DNA of 64,000 nucleotides from Eledone cirrhosa (Eukaryota). Each line of letters begins with the position of its first letter. Position 1 is the first letter of the stretch. The stretch is from NCBI GenBank assembly GCA_964016885.1, contig OZ024745.1:35154001-35218000 (forward strand), read 5' to 3'. This document shows, piece by piece, positions 40,587 to 54,298 of this stretch. Position numbers and translations under genes: made by a program. Under the pieces are notes generated by a model, which did not search any database, was not told the DNA's origin, and saw only the letters and a program-made list of their open reading frames with translations.

Positions 40587-41031
40587 ATATTAATATCCTG
40601 CCTCAACTAAATCATTTGATTTCTCAGACAATAATAAAACATTATACCGTATGCATAGAAACACACACACACACACACATACACGCACACTTATATGTAT
40701 ATATACATACACATACACACATATGTATATATATAAATATATATATATATACACATATATTTATATGTACATATTGTCTGTGTGTTTACATACAGAATAG
40801 CTGGACACTCACAGTAAAGTGACCAGTGAAAAACTCGGTACATCTACATATGTATACGTGTGTGTATTCATATGCATACTAGTATTTCAGTATGCATATG
40901 TGGATGTACATTTTTAACTTAATTGTTTAAGCGTCAGTCATACAAAAGTGAGTTACAAACGAAACGAAATTTAATTTCGTTTCGTTATTTGTTTTTATCG
41001 TCTCCGTTGAACCGGTACGTACTCACGCTCT

Positions 41032-41039
41032 ATGCAAAT
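41032..41039 (+). promoter_or_regulatory. Octamer motif ATGCAAAT
   Basis: Exact octamer ~85 nt upstream of the hammerhead; same arrangement in the related element (60338-60345, minus). Confidence 0.45.
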
Positions 41040-41124
41040 TAGTCTGCCCACTACTAATTTTCATAGAAAAAGCATATAACGATATGTGCTTTTACGATTC
41101 TCTAGAGAGGCCGGAAGATAGGTA

Positions 41125-41169
41125 AATATTGCTGATGAGATGTAACAACATCGAAACTAGTTCAATATT
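41125..41169 (+). ncRNA. Type I hammerhead ribozyme, canonical
   Basis: aatattg CTGATGA gatgt aaca acatc GAAA ctag TT caatatt; 7-bp stem I, 5-bp stem II, palindromic stem III. Confidence 0.85.
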
Positions 41170-41561
41170 CCTTGTCTGGCTTTCTGGAGAATAGAGGAAA
41201 GGTGTTTCCTCAAAAACCAGTATGACTCTAAAAACCGGTTTGTCTGTGTGTTTACATACAGAATAGCTGGACACTCACAGTAAAGTGACCAGTGAAAAAC
41301 TCGGTACATCTACATATGTATACGTGTGTGTATTCATATGCATACTAGTATTTCAGTATACATATGTGGATGTACATTTTTAACTTAATTGTTTCAGTGT
41401 CAGTCATACAAAAGTGAGTTACAAACGAAACGAAATTTAATTTCGTTTCGTTATTTGTTTTTATATATATATATATATGAATATAAAAATGTTAACTATA
41501 TGAATACACACACACACACATCACACACACACAAACATCTATCTCTCTCTCTCTATATATA

Positions 41562-41630
<69 letters not shown>

Positions 41631-42186
41631 ATATCTATATATATATATATATATATCTGTTTGGTAAGTGCTTAACCACAGTTACAGGTGGTTTGCTGAT
41701 CTAAGCCCTCGATGCTGTTACAATGGTCCGAGTCGTAATGGGTTGTATTCCAGGTTTAAGGCGGTAGTTTGAAAGTTATATTCACATATATAAACTCGCA
41801 TATCTAATGAGATGTCGAAGCAGAATTTGGCCCCGTTCATTGTGATTGTATACACGACAAGTCTCGGGCATTTTAAACCCGCCCATCCTTCATCAGATCC
41901 CATCCATCCTTCATCAGGTCTGAAATCATTTGATTTCATTCAGAGAGAGCGAAAAAAGGAATAAGAACCTTATTTCTTCTCATCAAAACGATGAAAGTTG
42001 ATCTTTGCGGGATTTAATCGCAGGGCGCAGTGAGGAGGAACCAACAAACATCTTTATTTCACCACTGTAGCAACTCCTCAATTCGTAACCTTGTCATATT
42101 GTCTGACAATTCGTTACATTTTTCTCGTCTTACGTATATTATTAACTATTATATTCACTAAATGAAGTATGTTGTTAATAACCTAC

Positions 42187-42341
42187 CTGTGATTTAGTGA
42201 CGTATATCGGTTTATTAAGTATGATCCACGTGACTGTTTCCTGACAACCAGGTTGTGTTAGTGACCCTTCATATGTCATATATTGGTCAGTCTTTGGGAT
42301 GATATCGGCAAGTAAAACTTGGCTAATGTTCCTTCTCTCTC
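42187..42341 (-). CDS. CA-related protein exon C
   Basis: (G)ERRNISQVLLADIIPKTDQYMTYEGSLTQPGCQETVTWIILNKPIYVTKSQ; alpha-CA YxGSLTxPxCxExVTWII motif; AG/GTAGGT, phase 1/0. Confidence 0.92.
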
Positions 42342-42467
42342 CTGAAGTGACAAAAAATAAAATAAACAAAATAACGTACATAAAAAATGACAATAAACAA
42401 TTGCTATCACAATTTACTTTACATACATATATACATATATACATACATACACACATACATGCATATA

Positions 42468-42960
42468 TATTGAGACAGATGGCACTAAGGAATACTGGTG
42501 GAACCTGAAAATAAAAACTGCCACCAAATTAAAGCACAACCGGCCTGATATTGTTGTTTGGGACCACACATTGAAAACGTGTTCTGTTGTGGAGATCGGC
42601 TGCCCACTTGATGTAAACGTTGTCAGAAAAATACAGGAGAAGGAGGACATCTACGGACCATTGATGAGGAGTTTACAAATCCAGTATCCAAGATACACTT
42701 TTAGCTTCTTACCCATCATTATTGGAGCTACGGGTTATATACCAACCCGCTTGGACCAATATATAACTGAACTTGGATTTGCGGACAAAGAGCGCAGCTC
42801 CCTAATTCATAGTCTACAAACGGCTGCGATAGCTGGCACCTTCAAAATTTGCAAAACATTCTTGCGATTCAAGGGATGACAATTTCTTTTCTTTTACAAC
42901 CGTGCCACCAGGAAGATGGCCGGTCAAAAATATACTCGAAATTAAGAGAAAGAGATAACA
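42468..42960 (+). mobile_element. Shorter copy of the (CATA)n-associated RLE LINE
   Basis: Matches 16552-17050; flanked by (CATA)n; lies ~125 nt upstream of the exon C acceptor. Confidence 0.88.
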
Positions 42961-42976
42961 TACATACATACATACA

Positions 42977-43586
42977 TGGTGGCTGCCAACTCGTTTTCGA
43001 GTACGGCCACTACTTTATATCCATGTAGGAGAACCCCTACCGATGCGCTGAACGAGTGTGACTTTTTAGTCCAGCCAGCGACTTGAAAACTCTGGTACAA
43101 ACACTACACTTGTGACAATTACTGACACATAGTGCTGGGCCCATGGTACCATGTGACGACAAGTGCAGAGAGATCTCCAGATATAAAGCAATGCCTGTGC
43201 CGTGAAGCTTTTATAGTGAGCAAAGGCACTGCACAAAGCCAGTCCCACTCTCTTAACCAAGATGATATTTACCAAAAAGAAGAACAAGTCAACATCATTG
43301 GATACCATCAGGGTTGCAGGTGTTATATCAGAGTTTTCCTTCTCCTAGAATTCTGCCTTGACAAAGGCTAAGGGGTCATCTCTCCCGGTGATTTTGGATG
43401 GCCATTGACTCTTAAGAGCTCCTTTGCCCTTTGACAGGTTTTGTTTTTAGTCCTGCAGGATGTCCAAAGTCACCCTCCTCACCAAGAAACCTTGGTGGGG
43501 TTGCCAGTTTAGTCGCCAACGACCCGACCATGGGACAGGTTGTACTGGGATACATGTTACCAGTAGCACCAACTGGTGACCTGACA
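42977..43586 (-). mobile_element. Short GC-richer non-autonomous retroelement in (CATA)n
   Basis: Sharp composition change bounded by (CATA)n; contains an agagttttccttctcctag SINE/LINE-type motif; family not identified. Confidence 0.45.
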
Positions 43587-45592
43587 TAACATACATACAT
43601 ACATACATACATACATACATACATACATGAGGATGGCTGCAGCTCGATTTCAAGTAATGTCATTGCTTGATACATTTTATTTACCCTTGATTACTCCCCT
43701 ACGTTTTCTTCTGTCTATGGAAACGCGCACATAATGGTGTGTTCTGATGGGTCAGTCTCTCACTCTCAGATCTACCTTGTATCAAACCTGGCATCCCTCA
43801 GATTGTGATAAACAATCAGCTATTGAAAAATTTTCTTGAAAAAAAAATCATTTTCATCTTTATATTTCGGTAACAGGATTCACTCTTTAATTCCAATTTC
43901 ACAAAACTAACAAACGAAGGAAGCCTTCATTAAATATAAGCCATCTTCTCTGCTCAAAAATTCTACACGAGTTCTGGGCATTACTGCTTTTTCATATTAG
44001 ATATAAACCAAGAGAAAATATTTAAAATGGTGTTGTATAACATCACCTTAGATCCAATTGATCAAACCTGTGCTCCAAAGCATTCTAAACATGCCTAACG
44101 TATCCTTTTGTATATCAGAGACGATATTGTCTAATGGTTTCTTCCTTTTAAAAAGTTTATAGAGTAGTTAAGCAACTCCTGTTTTTAGCAGATTTAGTGA
44201 CAACGTAAATGTGAACACGGTAGTGTGTACATAAATATATAACTGACTTAACCAAATTATTACTGCAACAGGCAAATAATATCTTAGTTCTTAAATAGAG
44301 ATGAACTACCGGTCCTTAGGAAATCAATCACAAACAGTTAGGTTTCGAATAAATAATATTTTGGTTGGTAGTCCTCCTATACCACATTCATCAATTGTAA
44401 GTTATAGTTAAAAGGAAATTTGGTTGCTATGTAAAGGAGATAAAGCGGTAATTTCTTTTTTAAATGAATAACAATATGACGCCTGTTCAAGATGTGTCAA
44501 TTTTCCTTATTACTTGCTGTTGCAATAGTTTTGGTTTCAGAAAATCTATCAAACAGTTCTGTTTGTCTTAGTGATTTTCAGAGACTACAGAATAATTGTT
44601 CTATTGTTAGCTATACAATGAACATGTAATTGTTTGGCTTGTTATACATGGCAATCAAATTCCCATTATATCATACCATCCGTTCTAAAAATGATGATAT
44701 ATAGGACTATATTGGATAACGTAGTATTAATTATGTTATGTCAAGAAAAAAACACCAAAAAATGACGAAATTGTCATTATTTGAATACGTTTGATCATAT
44801 GTCTCCTCAATCAGATCTGACCCGAACATAAACAGCAACATTTAATGAAGGATTTAGCTGTCAAATACGCATCCGTATATTTAATCAGCTCTTCAGTACA
44901 ACGTCTTTAAGTGAGGTAAATATGTTACTGGGCCATTTGGTCTAATGTCTGAAATGAACAGACATTTAGTAAGAATTACTCTCTATACTGACAATCCAAT
45001 AAGCTGTGGCAGATAATCGATTTTAATGCATGTTATTCATCACCTTTCAACAGCTTTCGTAATTGTCGAATGTCAATTGTATTTGTAAGTCATTTAACGT
45101 CAGCGTCACCTAATAAGGACGATTATAGAATTAAATATAAACATCATTTCGCAGTCTACAATATTGAATGACCGTAATCGCTTAAGTAATTTATCATTCC
45201 TTTCAAGTGGTACATCACGAAATTATTTAAACATCTCTATTTTACATTGTCACATCGCAGCCAATATTAATTTAATAAAAGTATTATACAATGCATTTCA
45301 AAATATGTATACATATATAAATGCATGCATACATAAATTGAACTATACATACATACTTAGAAGTATACATACAAGCCTAGAAGTATACATACATGCTTAT
45401 AAGTATACATACATAAACACATACAATTAGAATGAAAGACAGACAGACTAGCCTATATATATATCAAATATATTATTATATAGACATATTCTCAATTTCA
45501 CACAGACACATAATCTCTCTTCCACCCTTTCTTTCTTCTGCTATCTCTTTTTTATTTTCTCTATCTCTCTCTTGTCATGCTATAAACATACG

Positions 45593-45664
<72 letters not shown>

Positions 45665-47965
45665 CACATATGTATATATATACATGTTTGCTTGTCTTTC
45701 CATATGATGACCAAGAAAGACATCACTCAGTGTTATCCTTAGAAGTGGGTTTTTTTCAGTGCGCCGGCGTCTCTGACCGCTTTCGTTTCTTACTTCTGCT
45801 CAACTCGTTTTGCACCTGGCCTGCTCTGACTTTGTGACACATCTGTTTATGACATTACACGAGGGAGGTCCTTCAACAGCAATGATTCTGGACTCTCATG
45901 AGCAGGCCCTGAGCGTATCATAGTAGCATTAATGCTGTTTACTCACCGAACGCTCCCCTTTTACTTATTTGCTGAACAAAAGGGGTTTAAGAATGTTTTG
46001 TTAACCAATCTAGCAATGAAATGGTGGATACTGACAAAGCCACGTGACTAAAGATCCCAGTGTCTGGGTGTCTTGTTCTGTACACCAATGAGCAGCATTT
46101 AGTGCAACATTACAATCTATTATACTTTATGACATGTGTGCTGTAAACAATTCATACCTAACTAATAGAGATAATTTAGAATATTAATGGCTCACTAGAA
46201 TTCCTACTTGGTTTGGAGAGTGAGACTCTCCATCAATCGTTTTCGTGAAGATCATCAAAGGTGAGGCTGGTTTAGCAGTTTTAGTGTTAAAAGTGTGCTG
46301 TCGAAGTATGTGAACATCTCAACGGTAAGTAGAGTCTGATTTTTGATTATAACTGCGAGTGTCACGTACTGTTTGTGTGTGACTGGCTGCTTTATATGGC
46401 TTCAGTTTCGTTGTGCTAATGCTAAGGTGGAAGTGATTGCAAGTATAAGAGAATTTAGTCTTACACTATTAAACAACAAATTCTTGGCTTGGATTGATTG
46501 AGAGAACAACGTGTGCGCAGACTCCTTTATTTCTGTCCCAAGGCTCATGAGATGTTAGAGCCTAATTACAACGGGATGGCGGATGTGGAAACAAGTCCCT
46601 CTCAGTTGCAGATTACTTCAGTCTACAAAACAACTGAAAACATATTCTGAAAAATGCGGACGCCTGCTAACAATCTAATTTGATAACATTGTTTAAAATG
46701 TGGTATGGAAAACGAGGGTAGGGGTATTTATCGGGCTAGAGTGATGTTAGGTATGTGTGTGTAAAGAAAAATGGATATAAAAAGGCAAAATAACTGGAGA
46801 TATATTTAACCATATGTCTGGGCAGATAATGAAGTTGCTGGTGGTGTTCATGTTAGCCGTAGTTTTGTTGTTGATATTCAATCATCGATATACTAATGAC
46901 ACGAGCCCAAATACTGTCAGAGAGCACTATCTGGCAAGACCTAGTTACAAATATATATCGTAAATGTTGATTCGTGAATTATACAGGAAGTGATAATAGA
47001 TTTCGTGTGTTCTAAAATGGGCAAAAGCGTTCCTTTCACAAGGTAAATAATACACTCGTAGACACTCACATAAACACACACACATACACAGGCAGACACA
47101 CAAATAAACATAGACACTCACACTCACACACACATACATACACACGCATATATAAACACGCACACGTGTGTTAGAATAAGAAAAAGTAGGAAAAATAGAT
47201 TCATAATATACTGCTAGGAACTCTTTTAATAATAGATGTAAGATTTATGCTCATCGAAGCGCTGGTATTGTATCTAATTAACCAATAATGCACTTTTTCC
47301 GAGTCCAGGAAGTCAATCCACATCTTCAGTTTACAATCTTCCTTTTGACTATATTTCAGACAATTTCAAACTTAACGCTTTTGATATCAGCCTGTCCAAA
47401 ATTGCCACTGTTTCTACGGAAAGCAACCCATCGATTATAAAGGATTCTTATTTAAATCGAAATCTTCCAATATAATTAAGAACATTATGGCAAGTTATAA
47501 CATACAATGAAGCTTTTGTTAAAGTTATATTACAATTAACATATTAATGAAATAAGTTTAGTACATCCTGCCAAATTCTTCATTAATTAATGGAAATATA
47601 GTGTATTTCACTTGAAATATAATTGCGAAAGAGTTAATCTCAATCCTACTATGTGATACCTGAGGTATCTTTACCTAAATCACTGTGAATGACATGTGGT
47701 TCACAAATGTTGTGTGAGACCTAGTCGGCTAGACATATCGTTCAATTTAACGCCACCACCTGGTCTTAGATTACTTTTAGTGGAATCCACTCTGTTGGAA
47801 GTTTTCAAACCACATCTATGGTCTGAGGATAACTTCTTTCCTAATAAAATCCCGGAATATTGTCACGGGTACTGACCTTAATCTTCAGATCTAGCTATTA
47901 AAAAAATACATATTTTTAGAAAAAGAAACAAACATATTTTCCAAACAAAAGTAGTTTTTGCTTAC

Positions 47966-48032
47966 CTTTAAACCGAATGTTTTCAAATTCTTTTCCTATC
48001 ACATCAAATTCATTTCTATTCTTTCCACCAAG
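47966..48032 (-). CDS. CA-related protein exon B
   Basis: LGGKNRNEFDVIGKEFENIRFK+G; ttaccag acceptor, GTAAG donor; 67 nt, phase 0/1, joins exons A and C in frame; typical CA ...I.yKG segment. Confidence 0.8.
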
Positions 48033-48213
48033 CTGGTAAACAATTAAAGAAGTACAGAACAAATAATACGTATCCTTCTCACAGGTAAATAGTACACAAA
48101 CAAGAATATCATAGACATGTGTATATTTCGAAAATAGATATGCAGGTTTAGATGTAGAAAATTTCACAGGTCTACTCATATTCATGTCAAAACGCATGTA
48201 TAAGGCTGGCACC

Positions 48214-48283
<70 letters not shown>

Positions 48284-48469
48284 CATATTATAATAAAGAA
48301 GTGAGTGTACTTCAATTGTACATCATTATATTGCATACTTTTTACTGTTATATATATTTCAGTGGCATCTATTATGTAATAGATACGGTTTCATACAGAG
48401 CTATTGTGTAATCTTTTGTTCAACATTTGATATATCCCATATACATGTATATATATATATATATATCAG

Positions 48470-48777
48470 TATACACTGAGGATGAAGAACTCGGAGCTGT
48501 ACGGGAGCCCCCCAAAAGTCAGCTCGAGAGTAGCACAGAGGAGACTGAGGTTAGCTGGACATGCTCACCGACATCCAGAGTTGACACTGTACTCAGTGCT
48601 CCTGTGGGAGACCCTGCATGGACACACTGGAAGAGGAAGACCGAAGTTAACATATGTTGCTGCCCTAAGGACAGACACTGGTCTCTTGGAGACGCAGAAC
48701 ATGGCAACGATGATGAGGGACAGAGGCCGCTGGAGAGAACTCGTCCATGGATCTTGGGAATTTTACCCGCGCTAGAC

Positions 48778-48779
<2 letters not shown>
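48470..48779 (+). mobile_element. RTE-type LINE 3' end
   Basis: [34 protein letters not shown]; ends in (TA)n; shorter copies at 54121-54190 (-) and 56673-56714 (+). Confidence 0.8.
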
Positions 48780-48862
<83 letters not shown>

Positions 48863-48864
48863 TG

Positions 48865-48946
<82 letters not shown>

Positions 48947-49034
48947 GGAAAAATTTGAACAGGGACAAAACAGAGAGGCAGTACAACGAATGTTTATTAA
49001 TTTCACGCTCTGGACAGTGGGGTGTTGGTGGGGG

Positions 49035-49068
49035 ATGACGTTTCGGGCATAAGCCCTTCCTCAGGTGA
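49035..49068 (-). ncRNA. Minimal PLE-type hammerhead in the 3' pLTR
   Basis: cac CTGAGGA agggc ttat gccc GAAA cg TC at. Confidence 0.72.
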
Positions 49069-50572
49069 GAAGTGTGTGGGAACAGAGTTCAAAGGGTGTG
49101 TAGGGGAGTGGTGGAGAGACATATAGCGAAAGGAAACGATGCGAATGAAAAAATAAAAAATAAAGATAAAAATAAAAATAAAGCATGATCAAAATACAAG
49201 GAATGAGATAAATTTAAAAATAAAGGCATGATCAAAATAAACTGAAATTAAAAGGGGGGTAAACAGGTGGTGGAAGGGTGTGGGGTGTGTAGGGGTGGTG
49301 GCAGGTGGAGTGGGGAGAGGGAGACGGGGTGTCCGAGCGGGGAGGGCTGAAGGTGGTGTGTGTGTGTAGGTGTGCGTGTGTGTGTGTGTGTATGTGAAAG
49401 TAAGGGTTGGGGGAAGAACGGGGTTGCATGTTCAGGAAGAGGTGTGTGTGTGGGGGGGGGGGGTGGGGCGGAGTGTCTGTGCGTGTGTGGATAGAGGGGT
49501 GGGGAAAGAGGAATCTGGAGGCTGAGGGTGTAAATATGTGGTGGAAAGCACGTGTGTGTGGGGTTTAAGTGTGTTGTGGGTGTAGGTGGCGTGTGGAGAA
49601 AAAAATTTTTTGGGGTGTGTGTTTGTGTGAGTTATATAGGTGATTACGTAAGAGGATGGTTGAAAAGTTGGTAAATTCCGAAGATGTTTAGTGGATTGGT
49701 TGTTGGTCAATTTCTGCGTGTGGGTATTCCATGAAGCGATGGTCGGAAGAGAAGAGATGTGGGGTGCGCGCGCAACAGGAAGTGGTCAGCAGTGGGAGTG
49801 CTGTGGTCTGTTTGTGCTGGGAGGTGGTCAGAGGGCATAGCAGCAGTCGGTGGAATGGTAAAGGGGCGAGGATGGGTAGGTGTGAAAGTTGGAGTGAGGA
49901 GGGTGTGTGTGTGTGTATTAGTAGGGGTGTTAGTGGGATGAGTGAGTGTGGAGCGAGGGTGTGGGTGGAGCGGGGAGAGAAGGGTGTGTGTGGTTCTATG
50001 GAGGGAGTGTGGTGTACTGGTGTGTGTGTAGTTTGATGAAGAGGTGTTAGTGGGTGTTAGTATACGGGAGGTGGGGAGGAGTTGAATGCAGGTGTGAGTG
50101 GGGTTAGTGGTGGTAGGGTGTGTAGAGTTGGTGGTGTACGAGGGTGTGTGGGTACGTGTGCGTGGAGTTGGGGGGTGTTAGTGATGTTAGTTGCGTGTGG
50201 GGTGGGTGGTGTAAGTGGGTGCGTGTGTTCGTGTGCTTGGGGTTAGGGGGTGTTAGGGAGGTTAGTTGCGGGGTGGTGGGATATGGTGTAGGGGTGAGTG
50301 GTGTGGGGGTGAGGGTTAGTGGTGGTAGTAGGGTGTGTGTTTAGTGTGAGCGCGTGTATATATATGCCGGTGGGTGTGTGCGTGTGATAAGGAGGGGGAG
50401 GAGGAGAAGAGGGGAGGGAAGGGATGTTAGTATGTTTGTTGGGGAAGGGTGGTCAGATGAGGGGTGGAGTGGAGGTGTTAGTATTGTTAGTTGTGGGGTG
50501 GGCGGTGAAAAGGAGGGGTGTGTTAGTGGTGTTAGTGGGGGATAAGTGTGGGGGGAGGGGGGCGGTCGAAGG

Positions 50573-53372
50573 CTAAAGGAATAAGGGTGGGGAGTTCAGG
50601 CCGGGGGGAGTGTGGGTCTGTAAGATGAAGATAGTTCGTTGTTCGACCGTAAGGCGATTGGCGGGTGTTCCGTGGCACTGGAGTAGGCCACAGACTGTGA
50701 GATGGCGTGCGGAATGTCCAGGGCCACCAAAGTGGCGGGCGATGGGGGAACTACCTCCGAGACGAATATCCCGGAGGTGCTCCGTCACTCGGTCCGCCAG
50801 GCGACGTCCCGTCTGTCCGACAGAAGTCCGTAGACTAGGTTGGAGGATGTGCAGCGGAAGGCATGCCGGACCGAGAGAGAGTGGCCTTTGGGACCCTGGA
50901 AGGTGGTGGTGTTGGTGATGTGGGGACAGGTGTTGCAGCGGGGCCTAGAACAGGGAAAGGAACCGGGGGGGCGGGAACAGAGCGTGGGTTGGGGGGTAGG
51001 GAGCTGTGGACGAGGAGGGTGTGGAGATTGCGTGCGCGTTTGAAGGAGGGGAGTGGTAGGGTTGGGAAGATGTGGGAGATAGAGGGGTCGGACTGGAGGC
51101 GTCGGAAGAGGCGGCGGATGGTGCGGTGGAGGGGTAAGGTGGAGGGGTGGTAGGTGATGGGGAAGGGGAGACGGTGGGTGGGTGTGCGGTGGCGTGGGGT
51201 GAGGGTGGTGGAGCGGGCGACAGCACGGGCGCGGGTGAGAGCGGTGTGGACGAGAGGGGGGGGGGTAACCTCTGCGGATGAAATGGCTGACTAGGGAAAG
51301 GGCCTGGGACTCAAAGTCAGCATCACGGCTACAGAGGCGGCGGATCCTGAGAAGTTGGGAGTAGGGAATGGAGTGTTTAGTGTGGGTGGGGTGGGAAGAG
51401 GTGAAGTCGAGGTAAGAGTGGGAGTCGGTGGGTTTGAAGAAGGCGGAGGTGACGAGGGAGTGGTGGGAGGAGTCGAAGGCGACGGAGATGTCTAAGAAGT
51501 GGACGTGGGTGGTGGAGATAGAGGTGGTGAAGTGGAGGGAGGTGTAGAAGGAGCAGAAGAAGGAGGGAAAGGAGTCGAGCTGTTCTCGGGTAAGGGTCGT
51601 GGCTCCGATACAGTCGTCAATGTAACAACCGTACAGTTCGGGCGTGGGGCCGGTGTAGTGGGCAAAGATTTGGGCCTCAACATGGCCAACAAAAAGGTTG
51701 GCATAGTTCGGGCCCATTCTTGTACCCATGGCTACCCCCGTAACCTGTTGGTAAAACTCACCCGAGAAGGAGAAACAATTCAGGGTGAGGACCAGTTCGG
51801 CGAGGCGAAGGAGGGTGGGGTGGAGGGAATGGGGGAGGGGTGAAGGTCGAGGTAGTGTTTGAGGGCGCGAAGGCCGTCGGCGTGGGGGATGACTGTATAG
51901 AGGGACTTGATGTCTAGGGTGAAGAGGAAGGGCTGTGGGCCGGGTGGGTAGGTGAAGGAGTCGAAAAGGAGCAGGGCGTGGTTGGTGTCGTGGATGTGGG
52001 AGGGGAGGGTGGTGACAAGGAGGGCGAGGAGGGAGTCGAGAAAGGCGGAGATGAGTTCGGTGGGGCAGTTGCAAGCGGAGACGATGGGGCGGCCGGGGTT
52101 GTCGGGTTTGTGGAGTTTGGGGAAGAAGTAGATGGTGGGGGTGCGGGGGGTGCGGACGATGAGGTGGGAAGCGGTGGGGGGGGGGGGGGGGGAGGAGGGA
52201 GGAGGCGATAAGGTCTTTGATGGTGGAGGAGACTTGTTGTTGGTAGAGGGGGGTGGGATCGGAGGGTAGAGGGCGGTAAAAGAGGGGGTTACAGAGCTTC
52301 CTGAGGGCTTCGGCCGTGTAGAGGTCCGCGCGCCACACCACTACGGCGCCTCCCTTGTCCGCCGGTTTGATGACGATGTCATCTCGGCTACGGAGGGAGC
52401 GGAGAGCGAGGAGTTCGCCCCGTGAGATATTGTACCGTTTGGAACGGTGGCGGAAGTCGAAACGATTTACTGCGCTACGGCTGGCATCGACGAAGGCGTC
52501 CAGGGTGCTAAATTGCCCTGGGGCCGGCGTCCAAGAAGATGGTCGTCGGCCCAGGGCGAGAAACGGGTCTGGGGCGTCCGGAGCCGGTGGCGTTCGGCCG
52601 AAATGTGCCTGTAGCTTAGTGCGTCGCACGAATCGCTCGACTTCCGTTCGAGTGCGGAACTCGTCGCTGTACGGAGTGTGGGGTATGAAGCGAAGGCCTC
52701 TACTAAGGAGTGAGCGCTCAGGTGCGGAGAGGGGGAGGACAGGGGGTATGGTGACAACAAGGGGTGGGGTTTGAATGTTTGGGGGGGGTGAGGGTGTGGT
52801 GAGGGGTGAGGTGGAGGGTGGAGATTGGGTAGGGGTGTGGGTCGAGGGTGAGGTGGAGAGTGGTGGGCGTATGGGGATGGGCGGGTGGTGGTGGATGGGG
52901 AGGGGGTTGGGAGGAGTGAGTGTAGCTTGCGGGCTTTGGTGGAGCTGAGGAACGAGAAGAGGTTGTGGTTGAGGTTTTGGATGAAGGAGAGGATGGCTTG
53001 GGCGAGGAGGGGGTGGCAGGTGGAGTTAAGGCGGAGGAGGGTGGGGGTCAGTTGGTGGTCAAGTTGGCGGAGGGTGGAACGGGAGGCGCGGATGGAGTTG
53101 CGCATCAGGAGGCGTGAGGATCGGGTGAGGATACGTTGCGTGGAGGGGGAAGCGGCGGGGGAAGGGTGGAAGTGTAGACGGAAGCCGAAGGGGATAAGGT
53201 GGAGGCGGAGGCAGTGGCTGAGGAAATGGATGTGGCTGGAGTGCCGGGTTTTGGCGAAGAGAAGGTAGGAGAGTTAAAGGGAAGAGGGGAGATAGCAGGG
53301 TGGGAGGAGGGGGGTGAGGAAAAGTTTGAGGCGATTATGTAGTTGGTGGAGAAAGGATCTCAGGTTGGGCAT
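50573..53372 (-). CDS. PLE reverse transcriptase + GIY-YIG endonuclease (frameshifted)
   Basis: Stitched from ORFs 53274-53519, 52467-53105, 50785-52629 and 50573-50788; several breaks fall at long G/C homopolymers. Confidence 0.85.
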
Positions 53373-53925
53373 GATGGGCGTTGGGTGAAAGCAGGGGGAG
53401 GGATGAGAAGGCAGGGGTGTGAAGCGGGGTGGAGTGAACGAAGGGGTGAGTGCGAAGGATAGGCAGAGACGGGGAAGGGAAAATGAAACAGAAAAACGTA
53501 GGGAGGGGGGAGTAAACACAGGAAAATTAAAGACAAAAAATCATAAAGGTAAAAACACAGGCGATCGTGAACAAAAAATCATAAAGGTAAAAACACAGGC
53601 AACCGTGAACAAAAAATCATAGAAATACAATTGTAAGAACACAGGCAAAGAATCATATACGGAAAAAAAGGGGTACAGTAACAAAATCAAACAGAGGTAA
53701 TGCGTGGAAGGAAAGACCAAGTGTGGGAAGGTGTGTAAAGTTCGGGGAAAGGTCACGGCGGATTAGATCGGGGTTGAGCCGGTAGTTAAGTTATGTTCCA
53801 AGGAATGGAAGCCGTGTGAGCGTGTATTATATATAATGGAAAAATTTGAACAGGGACAAAACAGAGAGGCAGTACAACGAATGTTTATTAATTTCACGCT
53901 CTGGAGAGTGGGGTGTTGGTGGGGG

Positions 53926-53959
53926 ACGACGTTTCGGGCATAAGCCCTTCCTCAGGTGA
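53926..53959 (-). ncRNA. Minimal PLE-type hammerhead in the 5' pLTR
   Basis: cac CTGAGGA agggc ttat gccc GAAA cg TC gt. Confidence 0.75.
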
Positions 53960-54298
53960 GAAGTGTGTGGGAACAGAGTTCAAAGGGTGTGTAGGGGAGT
54001 GGTGGAGAGACATATAGCGAAAGGAAACGGTGCGAATGAAAAAATAAAAAATAAAGATAAAAATAAAAATAAAGCATGATCAAAATACAAGGAATGAGAT
54101 AAATTTAAAAATAAAGGCATGTCTAGGGCGGGTAAAATTCCCTAGATCCATGGACGAGTTCTCTCCAGCGGTCTCTGTCCCTCATCAATGTATCAAGCGA
54201 TGACATTACTTGAAATCGAGTTGCAACCATCCTTATGTGTGTATGTATGTATGTATGTATGTATGTATGTATGTATGTATGTATGTATGTATATATGT

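Larger units (their letters stand above)
40774..41464 (+). mobile_element. Retrozyme-like element: ~1.5 copies of a 466 bp non-coding unit
   Basis: 225 bp direct repeats at 40774-40998 and 41240-41464; a single hammerhead and an octamer in between; TA-rich flanks. Confidence 0.75.
48945..54121 (-). mobile_element. Penelope-like retroelement, near full length, with direct pseudo-LTRs
   Basis: ~286 bp direct repeats 48945-49230 and 53836-54121; ORF pieces with IKPADKGGAVVVW, GVAMGTRMGPNYANLF, YIDD, FLDI, KPTDSHSYL, CSRPRCNTC, CTSSNLVY and GIY-YIG tail (TEHLRDI..PIARHF..EQRTIFILQT..PGLN). Confidence 0.93.

Noticed and set aside
41853-41920. Minus-strand hammerhead-like motif with duplicated CTGATGA
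   Set aside because: GAAA is mutated to GAGA and stems are weak; probably a dead relic
43495-43586. Possible HDV-like ribozyme at the element 5' end (also considered for Dong leaders at 5790-5850 and 10690-10825)
   Set aside because: Could not build the full nested double pseudoknot by eye; needs a descriptor search
49230-50570. G/T-rich ORFs on the plus strand
   Set aside because: Low-complexity 3' region of the Penelope element read antisense
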